Source: Amoebophrya sp. A120 (taxonomy: Eukaryota > Protista > Dinoflagellata). Taken from it: a stretch of DNA of 64,000 nucleotides. The notes below the pieces were generated by a model, which was not told the DNA's origin, ran no database searches, and worked only from the letters and a program-made list of their open reading frames with translations. The translations under genes were made by a program, and so were the position numbers. Of the stretch, positions 11,411-24,072 are shown in pieces. The stretch spans positions 2,760,226 through 2,824,225 of the forward strand of contig CAJINV010000002.1 of assembly GCA_905178155.1 (NCBI GenBank). Reading direction: 5' to 3'. Within the stretch, counting starts at the first letter, position 1, and every line of letters starts with the position of its first letter.

Positions 11411-13646
11411 TAAAAGGAGAGCCCTAGCCTGCGCGAGCGTCATGCTGGACGATAAATGATTTAAGTACTTTCGAAGCGACACACATAGAATAGAAGTAGG
11501 CTTTCGCACCACAAGTTTGCGTCGGACCTCAATCGATTTCAGTGCGACCACTGCAAACTAGCACGAGGTGGTACTGAGCCATTTTTTGATCACTTGTCCG
11601 AACAAGTTGATGATGTTCATTTTGATTGGCATTGGTCTCATGTATCAAGAACAATATGACATTTTGTCGCACCTAATTCGGTAGTTGTACATCTTCTGGC
11701 CTTGAATAGAAAAAAGCGCAAAAGCAACTGCATTCGGTTTCCGTTTATTTCTGAATCGCTGCTGCGACATTTGATTTTCGGTTTTTCGTGCGGTTTTTTC
11801 ATGTGCCTACAACTAGTACAACCAACAACGAGATGAAGGATGGCATTGTGCCAAAAATTTTGCAAAATGACGTCGGTTCGTACAAGAAGGAAGCGAAACT
11901 TTTGTCTTTCGCAGCATCAGCCTTATTTCGGTTTTCGTTCTACTACAATAATTTCGTACTAGAGAAAAGGAAATAGAAGAACTTTCGTACAGAACAACGC
12001 GATCGGGATCGCAATCGTGCAGACTTGGCCGCCAAAGGGATCTATATTAGTCCACTGACACTACTTTAACTTTCTCTGTTGCAACAAAAAAAACGCGCGC
12101 CCACAGGAGTAAGTGAGATGCCTCTCCTTACTGCACAAGCACAATGCTGCCCTGCTCGCGATAACTTGCTGGGTGTTTCTTGACCCTGGAGCTCATGGAC
12201 GGTAGTTATTTTGATCCCAAGAAAATTATCGCCCGTGCAGCCCGCCGCGCCCGCGCCCCTTGCGACCGAATAAAATCTTCAAACGCTAAATAAAAGCTCG
12301 ACCAAGAAGCGCCTGCGCCTCGTTAGATAAGTAATCGCGGTTGAATTGCTAGCAGGATAGCAAAAGGAGAAGCAGTATTATTCAGATCATTTTAGATAGG
12401 AGTTCGCATTCGTAATATACGCAATCCGCCACCTCCGGAAGCGTGTTCAGAAGTTGTACTGATTTCATTTATATCGGCATTCCCTCCCGCAGGTATAAAT
12501 CAGTGAGCTGAGACCCGCCCGACGTCAAACCCCGAACTGTCTTTAGCTTGAAATCTCTACGTAAGTTGTACCTCCATCCTGTTCTTTAAAAATCAATCTT
12601 TTACCTCCTATCTATACCCAACAGTTTTGTGCCTCAATTTGCATTTTCAAAAAATCTTTTACTGCGCTTCACTTGTTGTAACAATACTATCAAAACTCCA
12701 TTATCATAAAGGTGTGTACAACTCTTTTGCAGCTTCACAAACTCAGTTCACGCGCACCCCGTAGCTCTGTAGTTTGTTGAAGTTCTTAGAGCTGGAAGAC
12801 AATTTTGATGTAAATCTTTTTTGAATAAATCGTACACACCAAAAAATCATAGATTGCGACAAGAAATAAATTTTGTCTGAGCAAACACAATTGACATCAC
12901 GGTTGGTAGGATCCAAAAATTTAAATTCCAAGAATAAATTCAGGACAAAAGGATCGCACTATAAAATCCGAAAAAATACAACAAATCTACATTCGAAAAA
13001 AATCTCACAAGATCTGCGAGCAGCGGCGTGTTTTGAAATAAACATCGCAGTTCTTGGGAAGGAGCATAAATTTCTTTTGAGTACACAACAACACAAAAAT
13101 TACCAATAAAACTCCTTACAGTGACCAATAAAAAGCGGCTTTTTGAAAGTTTCGAAGCAGTTCTAACTTACTCCGATAGAGCTTGTTTTCGAGGCTGACA
13201 GAATTTTCGCTGGTCAAAAGTCTCAAAAGAATTTGAGGCGTGAAAGTACAAGTAGAACTTGAAAAAACGAAAGACATAAATCAAGCTAATAGGCACAAAC
13301 AGTCGCGTTACTTATTCACAAGCTTGCTTTTTATCGCTAAGAACATCAACTAGAACCCAAATCGAAGAGTTCTCAAACCAATCTTTTTCAACACCAAAAA
13401 GCTTATTTTCTCAAATACAAAATCACAGAATAACTACCAATCGTGCTATTTGAAATTACAGTATTACTAAGAGAAAACCGCGCTACTTTTACGAGCTTTT
13501 CGTTCGATAATTGAAGCAGAAACTTTTGGATTTTACAAGTAGAAAAGAGTTTGTATTATCCATAATTCTTACTGTAATATTGATATTCTCAAAACCACTA
13601 GCACCGGCAGAATTTCATATTCTGAGTTTTGTATTTTCTTAAACTA

Positions 13647-13908
13647 TATCAAATGTAAAAATGTCTGGGTCTGGAAGGTTACCAGGTTTGTCATGCATAT
13701 TTTACATGACTCAGGATGTCTGTAATGCACGATCTGGCATCACATATTTTCAGAGGCCTTCCTGATGCCTATTCCCCATGACAAATGCCCTCCCCGCGTA
13801 GCACAAACCGGGCTCCTATTGCTGGTCATGCAATACAGATTTTTTTAGAGTCCAGAACTAGCATCACAAGTTCCAACCTTCCAGACCCAGACATTTTTAC
13901 ATTTGATA
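13647..13908. mobile_element. IR element family A in non-coding sequence (copy at 23538-23799)
   Basis: Long perfect TIR TATCAAATGTAAAAATGTCTGGGTCTGGAAGGTT; DR AACTA/AACTA. Confidence 0.93.
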
Positions 13909-14181
13909 AACTACGAATCGCCAAGAGCAAGACCACCGCTCGGTCAAGAGAAAATATTCACTGTTTGATATTTACAGCGACCTGTGCCTTTAAGATTCAT
14001 ACGAAATTTTCTTGTTAGTTGAAAAGCAAGAGTGCAGCTACTCGTTCAATGGAAAGAACAAGCAGCACAAGAAAGAGTTATAATATCACTTTTTCTCGGC
14101 TCGCACGCGCACGCTCTGTTGTACTTGTAACATCTTCTCGTGGTCTTCCTACCGCTCGGATTCTGCCCCCTACTTCCGGCC

Positions 14182-17117
14182 ATGACAACTTCTGTTGAGG
14201 CCGCTGATAGTACAAGGAACAACAACACCGAGCAAGAACTACCAGTAGATCAATCTAGCGCTCTCTACGTCTCTAAATCTATCGCCCAGGAAAACAAGCT
14301 TTCTCAGCGCAGTTCGGAGCCCACCACTGGTACCCCCAGCACGGTTGGCAACGACATTTTGCTGTCTCGCGAGCAGCAGAGCTCGTCCACGAACTCCGGA
14401 GCCGAGGATTCCATGTCCTCCGCGACCGCCGCCGGCTCCACCCCGGCAGCCATGAAGCTGCAAGCCGACACTTCTGATCTGACCCCGACGACGGTCGCTC
14501 ATGGGGATGTTGCGGGTGCTGGTGACATCACGCCCGTTACACCCGCGCCGAAGGCAGAGCAGGGGAAGAAGGCGGAAGAGGAGGAGGAGGAGGAATTCTT
14601 GGTGTGCGAAGAAATTCCGGAACCAGGTATTGAAATTTTTGAGGTGCTATAATCCGCTTCTTGAATTACGTGCTGTTTCATTTTGCCAACAACGACAAGG
14701 TGATACCTTGGAGCATGAAAATCTTCACACTACATTTTTCCTAAATCCTATATCCCCAAGACCCGCGGAACAAGACATTTACAGACACCGGAAAAGTTAG
14801 TAGATCTTTATTTGGAACCGAACTGAAAGGAAATCTAAATCTTCAGCAACGTGCTACACGACATCACTCTTCAGGTATGCGCAACATCCCGTTGATCAAC
14901 GGTGTGGCGCAAGTTCGGGACGAAGACCTGGTCGGGGACGGCTCCGGCGACCAAAACATCTCCACCATTTCCGCGGATGAGGTCCGGGAGGAACTGAACC
15001 GCATCAAGATGCGCCTTCCCAAGCTGAAATTCGAACTGGAGACCCCGGAGCACATATGACAGTGCACAACTCCCCCTCCCCCTCTATTGTATAGCATGAA
15101 CGGCAATACAAGCATCCGCAATAATGCCGGTTTTGCATGACAAATCTGCACTGGAGTTGTGTAGCGCGATTTGGGCACTACCAGAAGTTGTCATGCATAA
15201 TAGTGACAAGGACAAAGCGTGGATTTGGTATTTTGCATGAGAAATGAGAACGAGGGGGGGTTGTGCACTCTCATAGCACATCCAGATGCTCCGCGATTTC
15301 CGGACCGAGCCGTGTGACTTGCCGCTGAGGCAGTGCTTGCAGAAACGGGGCAAGGGGTGTCTCAAGTACCACAACTCCCAGCACTTCCGCCGCCCGTTGC
15401 TGCAGGAGGATGGGTATCAAATGCAAAAATGTCTGGGTCTGGAAGAATGCGCGATTTGTCATGGAGTTTTTCCAAGCTCCACCAAGTCTGGAATGCAGGG
15501 CCTAGCATCACAGGTTTTGCAGCCCCTTGGTGATGCCCATTATGCATGAGAAATGCCATCTCAGCATGGCGAGAAATGGGGACCTTTTGCAAGTCATGCA
15601 ACACAGATTTTTGTATGATCCGCAACACGCATCACAAGTTCGCATCCTTCCAGACCCAGACACTTTTGCATTTGATAACGGGGAGACGCTGGCGTACTTC
15701 GACATGCTGTGTCGATTCGGCGACAACTGTCCGTTGATGATGGACTGCCCCTTTGCGCACTCGAAAACGGAATTGTTGGTCCACCCGGCGAAGTTCAAGA
15801 CGCGGTGCTGCGACAGCTTCAAGTGCTTCGACGACAACTGCTGCTTCGTCCACGAGGGGGACCGGGACCGGCGGGAATTCGCCGTGCACTACTCGTTTGT
15901 CACGGAGGCGCACCCAGATGACTTCCAGCCATTGACCTGCATCCCGGGGAATGAGAATTACGTCAAGCCGAGGGGTATGATCTTTTTATTTACTGGTTGA
16001 ATTATCTTCATCGAAGTTGACGTTCATCTTGTGGTTCACAAATGTCTAGCATGTGTCTACGTGGTCTTTAATTCTAAAACACAATCACAAATGTGCATTA
16101 AAAATCCTGTGCTTCTCTATGGAACAACAATAAATGCCAATGAAATTATATCACAAATCAAACTCTTACTCTTTAACTTTATCAGGCGGCAAGCTCTGTG
16201 GTTCGTACCCGAACCCCTCCAACTGCCCCTACGGCACCCGGTGCCGGTTCGCGCACCGGCGCCAGGAGCTTGGGAACCTCCTTTTCCGCCCGAGTGAGGA
16301 GAATGTCCAGGAGATTACGGATGAATTCTTAATTCTGAAGTACAAGACCAAATGGTGCCCCCACCTCTACCAGCACAACTGGACCTACTGTGTGTACGCG
16401 CACAACTACCAGGACTACCGGCGGAACCCGCAGGTCGGCTACGGCCCCGTGCCCTGCCCGTTTTGGGATCCCCGCGACACGGCGAAATCCAGCTACAACG
16501 ACCGGTGTAAGTTCGGCGCGCAGTGCCCTTTTTCCCACGGCTCGAAGGAGCGGGCGTACCACCCCCTGAACTTCAAGGTCTCCACGTGTCAGGACATTGG
16601 GCCGGGCGAGGACCGGGCGGAGTGCACGCGCGAGCCCTTCTGTGCGTTCTACCACAACGACTTGGATAAAAGACCGATCGTCCCCCACGTGATGAACTAT
16701 TCCAAACCCTTACCGATTGAGAACTTGGTGAAGTACCTGCAGAAGGACTTTTTCGACGCCGGGATCGGGTACAACCACAACGCCAAGCGGTTGAATATGC
16801 ATTGCAAAAATGTCTAGGTCTGGAAGGTTGCAACTTGTGATGCTGCATTTGGATACTACCAAAATCTGTATTGCATGAACAACAAAAGAGGTGCAGTTTT
16901 TGCCACGGCGAGTAGAGGGCATTTGTTCTCATGCGGTATAGGCATGAGGAAGCCCTCACAAAATCTGTGATGCTAGAAGGGCATGCATCACAGACGTCAG
17001 GAGTCATGCAAACTGTGCATGACAAACCTTGCATCCTACTTCCAGACATCCAGGGATATTTGCATTTGATATCGAACCAGAACGAACGGCTGGAGATCTT
17101 GAAGTCGGCGACCTTGT
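14182..17117 (+). CDS. Unkempt-like tandem CCCH zinc-finger protein, copy truncated at the assembly gap
   Basis: Matches 24073-27008; GT-AG introns 14627-14874 and 15975-16185; IR elements at 15055, 15415, 16796, 17118. Confidence 0.7.
15055..15275. mobile_element. IR introner family E
   Basis: TIR TATGACAGTGCACAAC; DR GCACA/GCACA. Confidence 0.9.
15415..15677. mobile_element. IR introner family A
   Basis: DR ATGGG/ACGGG. Confidence 0.9.
16796..17071. mobile_element. IR introner family A
   Basis: DR TTGAA/TCGAA. Confidence 0.87.
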
Positions 17118-17320
17118 TATTTTGAGGAAAAACGTCCCCACCCCAGAGTTGTCATGTAAATCTGCATGCCAAAAAAGTTTCTCTTGCGGAGCCCCATGAG
17201 AGCCGTTTTCTAGTCGTGTTTTGGAATTTGTGATGCTAGAATCGGCATGATGTGCTAGATCTGTGATGCTTCGGAACTAGCTAAACTGGATTACACTACG
17301 AGGGCAAACTTGTCATGCGG

Positions 17321-17420
17321 NNNNNNNNNNNNNNNNNNNNNNNNNNNNNNNNNNNNNNNNNNNNNNNNNNNNNNNNNNNNNNNNNNNNNNNNNNNNNNNN
17401 NNNNNNNNNNNNNNNNNNNN
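17321..17420. other. Assembly gap (100 N)
   Basis: Run of exactly 100 n. Confidence 0.99.
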
Positions 17421-17455
17421 TTCCAGACCCAGACATTTTTGCATTTGATACCGGG

Positions 17456-20412
17456 GCGGCGGTCGCGATTGTCTCCCCGAGTAACGAGGGATCGAGCGCT
17501 ATCCAAGAAAAAAACTGTGTAAGTGTAACTTTGTGTTGCAGACGATGCAAGACAGTCACAACTGTCATGCTGGACATGCAACAGAGGCACTTTTCGTACG
17601 TGTTTTCACGTACTAGCTACGCATGACAGGTTTTCTCTGTCATGCAGGGCAGACTTGTGATGCTGTTCCTCCAAGAAAGTTACACTTACACAGTTTTTTT
17701 CCTGCATAAGCGCTATCGCAGGAAGGAAAAAACTGTCTTTGCTTCTCAAACCCTTGCAATCGCTGCACTTTTACGATGACACGCAAAAAAATTTGTGATG
17801 CGTCACATGATGCTGCGAGAGAAATGAACAGGCATGAAGCGCCGGCCTTTTCCTGCATGATGTCCTCGAGCATGACAAAAGACTGTCTCAACAAGGACGT
17901 TCCGCATTTATAATACAAGTTGAGACTGAGACACGAGTTTTTCTTTTTTCTCACGATAAGCCCGACGGATGCGAACACTTCGAGTACGACGACCGCGGAA
18001 TATCAAATGTAGAAATGTCTGGGTCTGGAAGAATGCATGTTTGTCATGCTTGTCTGGCATGACTCTTAAATCTGTCATACACGTTACCCAAGAGCCGCAT
18101 TTTTCTGTCATGCGGAGACGCAGTTTGTCATGCAGAATAGGCAACACCTACAAGCTCAGAAATTTGTCATGCAGAGCCAGCACTTGTGGCCCCCTCATGC
18201 TACGCCACTCAGCATCACAAGTTTCCAGACATCCAGACATTTTTGCAGTTCATACGGAAGGCGCTGGGTCAAAATCTTCTTCCAATAACAGTAATGAACA
18301 AGCAATTCTACTGGGCCGCAATCCCTCGTCTTCCAATTCTCCGCAGCCTTATGAAATGCAAAAGCATCGTACTAGTATAAATCGCATGAAAAATTTCCTC
18401 AGCATGAGAAAGAACATTTGTAATGCGGATTTAACCTGAGAAAGAAACTTGTAATGCATGAATGCGATTAGTACGAGTACGATACTTTTGCACAGAATAA
18501 GCCTTCGCCAAACACCATGACGAGTTCCAATTTTAACCCGTTCGAGCAAATATCAGGTGCAAAAGTATCCTACTCGTCGTATAAATGCATTACAAATTAT
18601 TTCCTAAGCATGAGAAATGAAATTTGCAATGCGGATTTACCTTCAAGAGAAAGATTTGTAATGCATGACTGCAATCACTACGAGTGCGATACTTTTGCAC
18701 AGGATAGCAAAGTCAGCAGAGCTCGGGGATGACGGTGGGGACAGCATTAGCGTTTGAAAATGAGGTATCGCGAGAAAAGATTGTTTCACGGTGAACTTGT
18801 GATGCATAGAATGAATGGAGCACAGAGCTACTTAGTCGTCTTGCTACACCTGCAAGAGGACTACACCGGAGCTCTATAGCATGTTTTCCGTTCTTGGTTG
18901 GAAGCACGCATGGCAAATTCATCTCTTCTTGTGTAAACAAAGACAAACTTGTGATGCAGACCTTGCAAAATTATCACAGTGAAACAGTTTTTTCATGCGA
19001 TATGAGGAGCGAAAGTCAAGAAATTCCTCTCGGCCGGGGACAACGAAGTCTGCTGCTACTATGCAAGACAAATTGGACCAATCGATCGGAACTCAGTTTT
19101 CCAAAACGGACGGGTCTTCCGTCGGCGGGATCTTCAATATGAGGGTACACAACAGCTCCTCCTCGTTCTCATTTCTCGTGCAAAATACCCAATCTACGCT
19201 TTGCCTCCTGTCACTATCATGCATGACAAGTTCTTCTGGCAGCTGGTGCCCAAATAGCACTACACTCCTGTCCAGATTTGTCATGCAAAACCTGTATTCT
19301 TGCTGACGCTTGTGTTGCTGTCCATGCAATACAGAGCGAGGTGGACGGGGAGTTGTGCACTTTCATATTGAAGCTGTTAGGTGGTGACGACCACGACGAG
19401 GATGAGGACGACGACATCCTCGCTGCGATCTACGACCCGCATCACAGATCGTATCGCCAGAAAAAACTGTTTCACTGTAAACTTGTAATGCAGAATATGT
19501 ATCTCAAAAGTGTTTGTCATGCTACTCATGCAAGACAGTAGATTTTTCGCTGTGCGTTCCCTTACGAGCCTTGCATGGCAAATTTTCTCTGTCATGCAGA
19601 ACAAACTTGTGATGCAAAACGTGCAAAATCCTTACAGTGAAGCACTGTTTTCGTACGATAGATCGAGGCAGGAGATGAATGAGGCAGAAGAAGAGGGCGG
19701 GTATAACGTCGACGGAGCTGAAGGGCAGGATTGGTCTGACGAAGCGGAAACTACGCTGGGCGATATTCTTCGGGCTAGTAAAAATGACCTCCTTGATCCC
19801 CCGCAAAGCCCAACTGCAAACAAATTCCAACCGCACTCGCCGAAAAAGCTTTCCCCCGAACAGTTGCGAAGTGCGAAACTGTTGGATGAAGAGCTCCAGG
19901 CTAGTGGGTTGAAGCAGTCGCGTCGCAACTCTACTATTTCCAGCACGACCAGCAGTCCGGACGGTAAGCTAGGAGCTTTGACTAAAGACGAGAGAGAACG
20001 GTTGAAGATAAAGAAGAAGCACGAAGAGAAGCTGCAAATGGAGGAAAGGATATCCATTTGCTGCAAAAGGTGTATCGCACTGGAACAAACAAATTTTGAT
20101 ATGCAGTCTCGCATGACAGTACCTTTTTTCTATGCCTGAATCTGCATTACAAAGAGACAGAAGTCGATTTTTCCCTTTCAGTAAAGTTGTATTGCGGTTT
20201 TTACCTACTGCGTGCGATCACGCTTTTGCGAGGCATAGAGGATCAACAGTGACAAGTTCCGGGAGGAGGAGGAAAATTTCAAGGCTTTGTTTAAGCAGAA
20301 GTACGCGGTTGTGAATTCCAATACGCATCTGGTAGAAACCTCGCAAAGAATCACGAAGAAGATCGACGACTTGTTTAGCAAAGCCTTCGACAGCATAGAA
20401 GAGGAGGATTGA
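17456..20412 (+). CDS. Duplicated 3' part of the 27-10521 gene (no 5' end)
   Basis: Matches 7565-10521. Confidence 0.55.
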
Positions 20413-21061
20413 TATCAGATTGTATAAGATTTCGAAGTCTGTAGTATGTTGCTATTAAAAAAAATAAAATTGGACTTGGAGCAGAAGAAAGAAGAAAAAA
20501 TCCTATCCTTATACCTGCGAGGGCTACACGACGTCGGACCTTTACGCTACAACTCAAGGAAGTTGTCCTGATTATAGCCTCAGGCTGACCAACTCTAACA
20601 TTGCTGGGAACGAGAATTATGAAACATGTAGTACAACCACAAGGATCTTCATCGCAGCAAATAAGGGTGTTACTACTACAACGCATCCCGTTCTTGCAGC
20701 GCTTCCTGCTGCGCTAGCAAATATGATTTGCCGATCCGAGATAGATCTGTGTTCCATTTCAACATCTCAACTGATGCTGCCAAGTCAGTACCACACAAAC
20801 ACAGCGACACACAACATAGACGACATGCTAGATCATTTTTTACACGAGGAGGAGCTGCACCAGTAGTGCTCTACTGTGAAGATCTCGTTTTCAAGGAAGT
20901 TTGAGTTTATAATTGCGTTTACCACGCACGACGACCCTCTACGTACTTCAACAACCATCTCGATCTGCAGTTGTAAAAAGCCTATAAGTTTTTCCTATCT
21001 GTAAGACGGAAAGAACGCGCTTTCTACAAGGAGTTTCACCAACAACGACCCAAAACTAAAG

Positions 21062-21301
21062 ATGGGTTTTTCCCTCGCGCATCTCGTGGAAGCGGCGCTG
21101 CTGTTTGCGAACGCCATGGCGATACTAAACGAGAAGCGGTTTCTCCGGCAATTCGGGCTGGATCAAGCAATGGTGGGGGGGAACGCGACAAGTTTGCAGA
21201 ATCAAGTGGCAACATTCCTGCACGCAATGCGGACGTTCATGAAGTACCCATTGATACTGGGAAATTTGGTGTTTATACTGCTGGAATGTGTGTTTTTTTG
21301 A
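21062..21301 (+). CDS. YOS1: Yos1/IER3IP1-family protein, duplicate copy
   Basis: Same translation as 11171-11410. Confidence 0.8.
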   Translation: MGFSLAHLVEAALLFANAMAILNEKRFLRQFGLDQAMVGGNATSLQNQVATFLHAMRTFMKYPLILGNLVFILLECVFF

Positions 21302-24072
21302 TAAAAGGAGAGCCCTAGCCTGCGCGAGCGTCATGCTGGACGATAAATGATTTAAGTACTTTCGAAGCGACACACATAGAATAGAAGTAGGCTTTCGCAC
21401 CACAAGTTTGCGTCGGACCTCAATCGATTTCAGTGCGACCACTGCAAACTAGCACGAGGTGGTACTGAGCCATTTTTTGATCACTTGTCCGAACAAGTTG
21501 ATGATGTTCATTTTGATTGGCATTGGTCTCATGTATCAAGAACAATATGACATTTTGTCGCACCTAATTCGGTAGTTGTACATCTTCTGGCCTTGAATAG
21601 AAAAAAGCGCAAAAGCAACTGCATTCGGTTTCCGTTTATTTCTGAATCGCTGCTGCGACATTTGATTTTCGGTTTTTCGTGCGGTTTTTTCATGTGCCTA
21701 CAACTAGTACAACCAACAACGAGATGAAGGATGGCATTGTGCCAAAAATTTTGCAAAATGACGTCGGTTCGTACAAGAAGGAAGCGAAACTTTTGTCTTT
21801 CGCAGCATCAGCCTTATTTCGGTTTTCGTTCTACTACAATAATTTCGTACTAGAGAAAAGGAAATAGAAGAACTTTCGTACAGAACAACGCGATCGGGAT
21901 CGCAATCGTGCAGACTTGGCCGCCAAAGGGATCTATATTAGTCCACTGACACTACTTTAACTTTCTCTGTTGCAACAAAAAAAACGCGCGCCCACAGGAG
22001 TAAGTGAGATGCCTCTCCTTACTGCACAAGCACAATGCTGCCCTGCTCGCGATAACTTGCTGGGTGTTTCTTGACCCTGGAGCTCATGGACGGTAGTTAT
22101 TTTGATCCCAAGAAAATTATCGCCCGTGCAGCCCGCCGCGCCCGCGCCCCTTGCGACCGAATAAAATCTTCAAACGCTAAATAAAAGCTCGACCAAGAAG
22201 CGCCTGCGCCTCGTTAGATAAGTAATCGCGGTTGAATTGCTAGCAGGATAGCAAAAGGAGAAGCAGTATTATTCAGATCATTTTAGATAGGAGTTCGCAT
22301 TCGTAATATACGCAATCCGCCACCTCCGGAAGCGTGTTCAGAAGTTGTACTGATTTCATTTATATCGGCATTCCCTCCCGCAGGTATAAATCAGTGAGCT
22401 GAGACCCGCCCGACGTCAAACCCCGAACTGTCTTTAGCTTGAAATCTCTACGTAAGTTGTACCTCCATCCTGTTCTTTAAAAATCAATCTTTTACCTCCT
22501 ATCTATACCCAACAGTTTTGTGCCTCAATTTGCATTTTCAAAAAATCTTTTACTGCGCTTCACTTGTTGTAACAATACTATCAAAACTCCATTATCATAA
22601 AGGTGTGTACAACTCTTTTGCAGCTTCACAAACTCAGTTCACGCGCACCCCGTAGCTCTGTAGTTTGTTGAAGTTCTTAGAGCTGGAAGACAATTTTGAT
22701 GTAAATCTTTTTTGAATAAATCGTACACACCAAAAAATCATAGATTGCGACAAGAAATAAATTTTGTCTGAGCAAACACAATTGACATCACGGTTGGTAG
22801 GATCCAAAAATTTAAATTCCAAGAATAAATTCAGGACAAAAGGATCGCACTATAAAATCCGAAAAAATACAACAAATCTACATTCGAAAAAAATCTCACA
22901 AGATCTGCGAGCAGCGGCGTGTTTTGAAATAAACATCGCAGTTCTTGGGAAGGAGCATAAATTTCTTTTGAGTACACAACAACACAAAAATTACCAATAA
23001 AACTCCTTACAGTGACCAATAAAAAGCGGCTTTTTGAAAGTTTCGAAGCAGTTCTAACTTACTCCGATAGAGCTTGTTTTCGAGGCTGACAGAATTTTCG
23101 CTGGTCAAAAGTCTCAAAAGAATTTGAGGCGTGAAAGTACAAGTAGAACTTGAAAAAACGAAAGACATAAATCAAGCTAATAGGCACAAACAGTCGCGTT
23201 ACTTATTCACAAGCTTGCTTTTTATCGCTAAGAACATCAACTAGAACCCAAATCGAAGAGTTCTCAAACCAATCTTTTTCAACACCAAAAAGCTTATTTT
23301 CTCAAATACAAAATCACAGAATAACTACCAATCGTGCTATTTGAAATTACAGTATTACTAAGAGAAAACCGCGCTACTTTTACGAGCTTTTCGTTCGATA
23401 ATTGAAGCAGAAACTTTTGGATTTTACAAGTAGAAAAGAGTTTGTATTATCCATAATTCTTACTGTAATATTGATATTCTCAAAACCACTAGCACCGGCA
23501 GAATTTCATATTCTGAGTTTTGTATTTTCTTAAACTATATCAAATGTAAAAATGTCTGGGTCTGGAAGGTTACCAGGTTTGTCATGCATATTTTACATGA
23601 CTCAGGATGTCTGTAATGCACGATCTGGCATCACATATTTTCAGAGGCCTTCCTGATGCCTATTCCCCATGACAAATGCCCTCCCCGCGTAGCACAAACC
23701 GGGCTCCTATTGCTGGTCATGCAATACAGATTTTTTTAGAGTCCAGAACTAGCATCACAAGTTCCAACCTTCCAGACCCAGACATTTTTACATTTGATAA
23801 ACTACGAATCGCCAAGAGCAAGACCACCGCTCGGTCAAGAGAAAATATTCACTGTTTGATATTTACAGCGACCTGTGCCTTTAAGATTCATACGAAATTT
23901 TCTTGTTAGTTGAAAAGCAAGAGTGCAGCTACTCGTTCAATGGAAAGAACAAGCAGCACAAGAAAGAGTTATAATATCACTTTTTCTCGGCTCGCACGCG
24001 CACGCTCTGTTGTACTTGTAACATCTTCTCGTGGTCTTCCTACCGCTCGGATTCTGCCCCCTACTTCCGGCC

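Larger units (their letters stand above)
7530..17320. repeat. 9.8-kb direct duplication, copy 1
   Basis: Sequence and ORF track repeat at offset +9891; only one difference noticed (C17281 vs G27172). Confidence 0.95.

Noticed and set aside
11411-13640. ncRNA gene or spliced-leader relic in the long intergenic region
   Set aside because: I found no convincing tRNA, snRNA or dinoflagellate SL match by eye; a covariance-model search would be needed to exclude one.
2175-15279. U12-type AT-AC introns (2176, 5773, 15055 can be slid to AT...AC)
   Set aside because: Chance result of targets ending in ACA; no ATATCCTT donor consensus and most elements do not fit.
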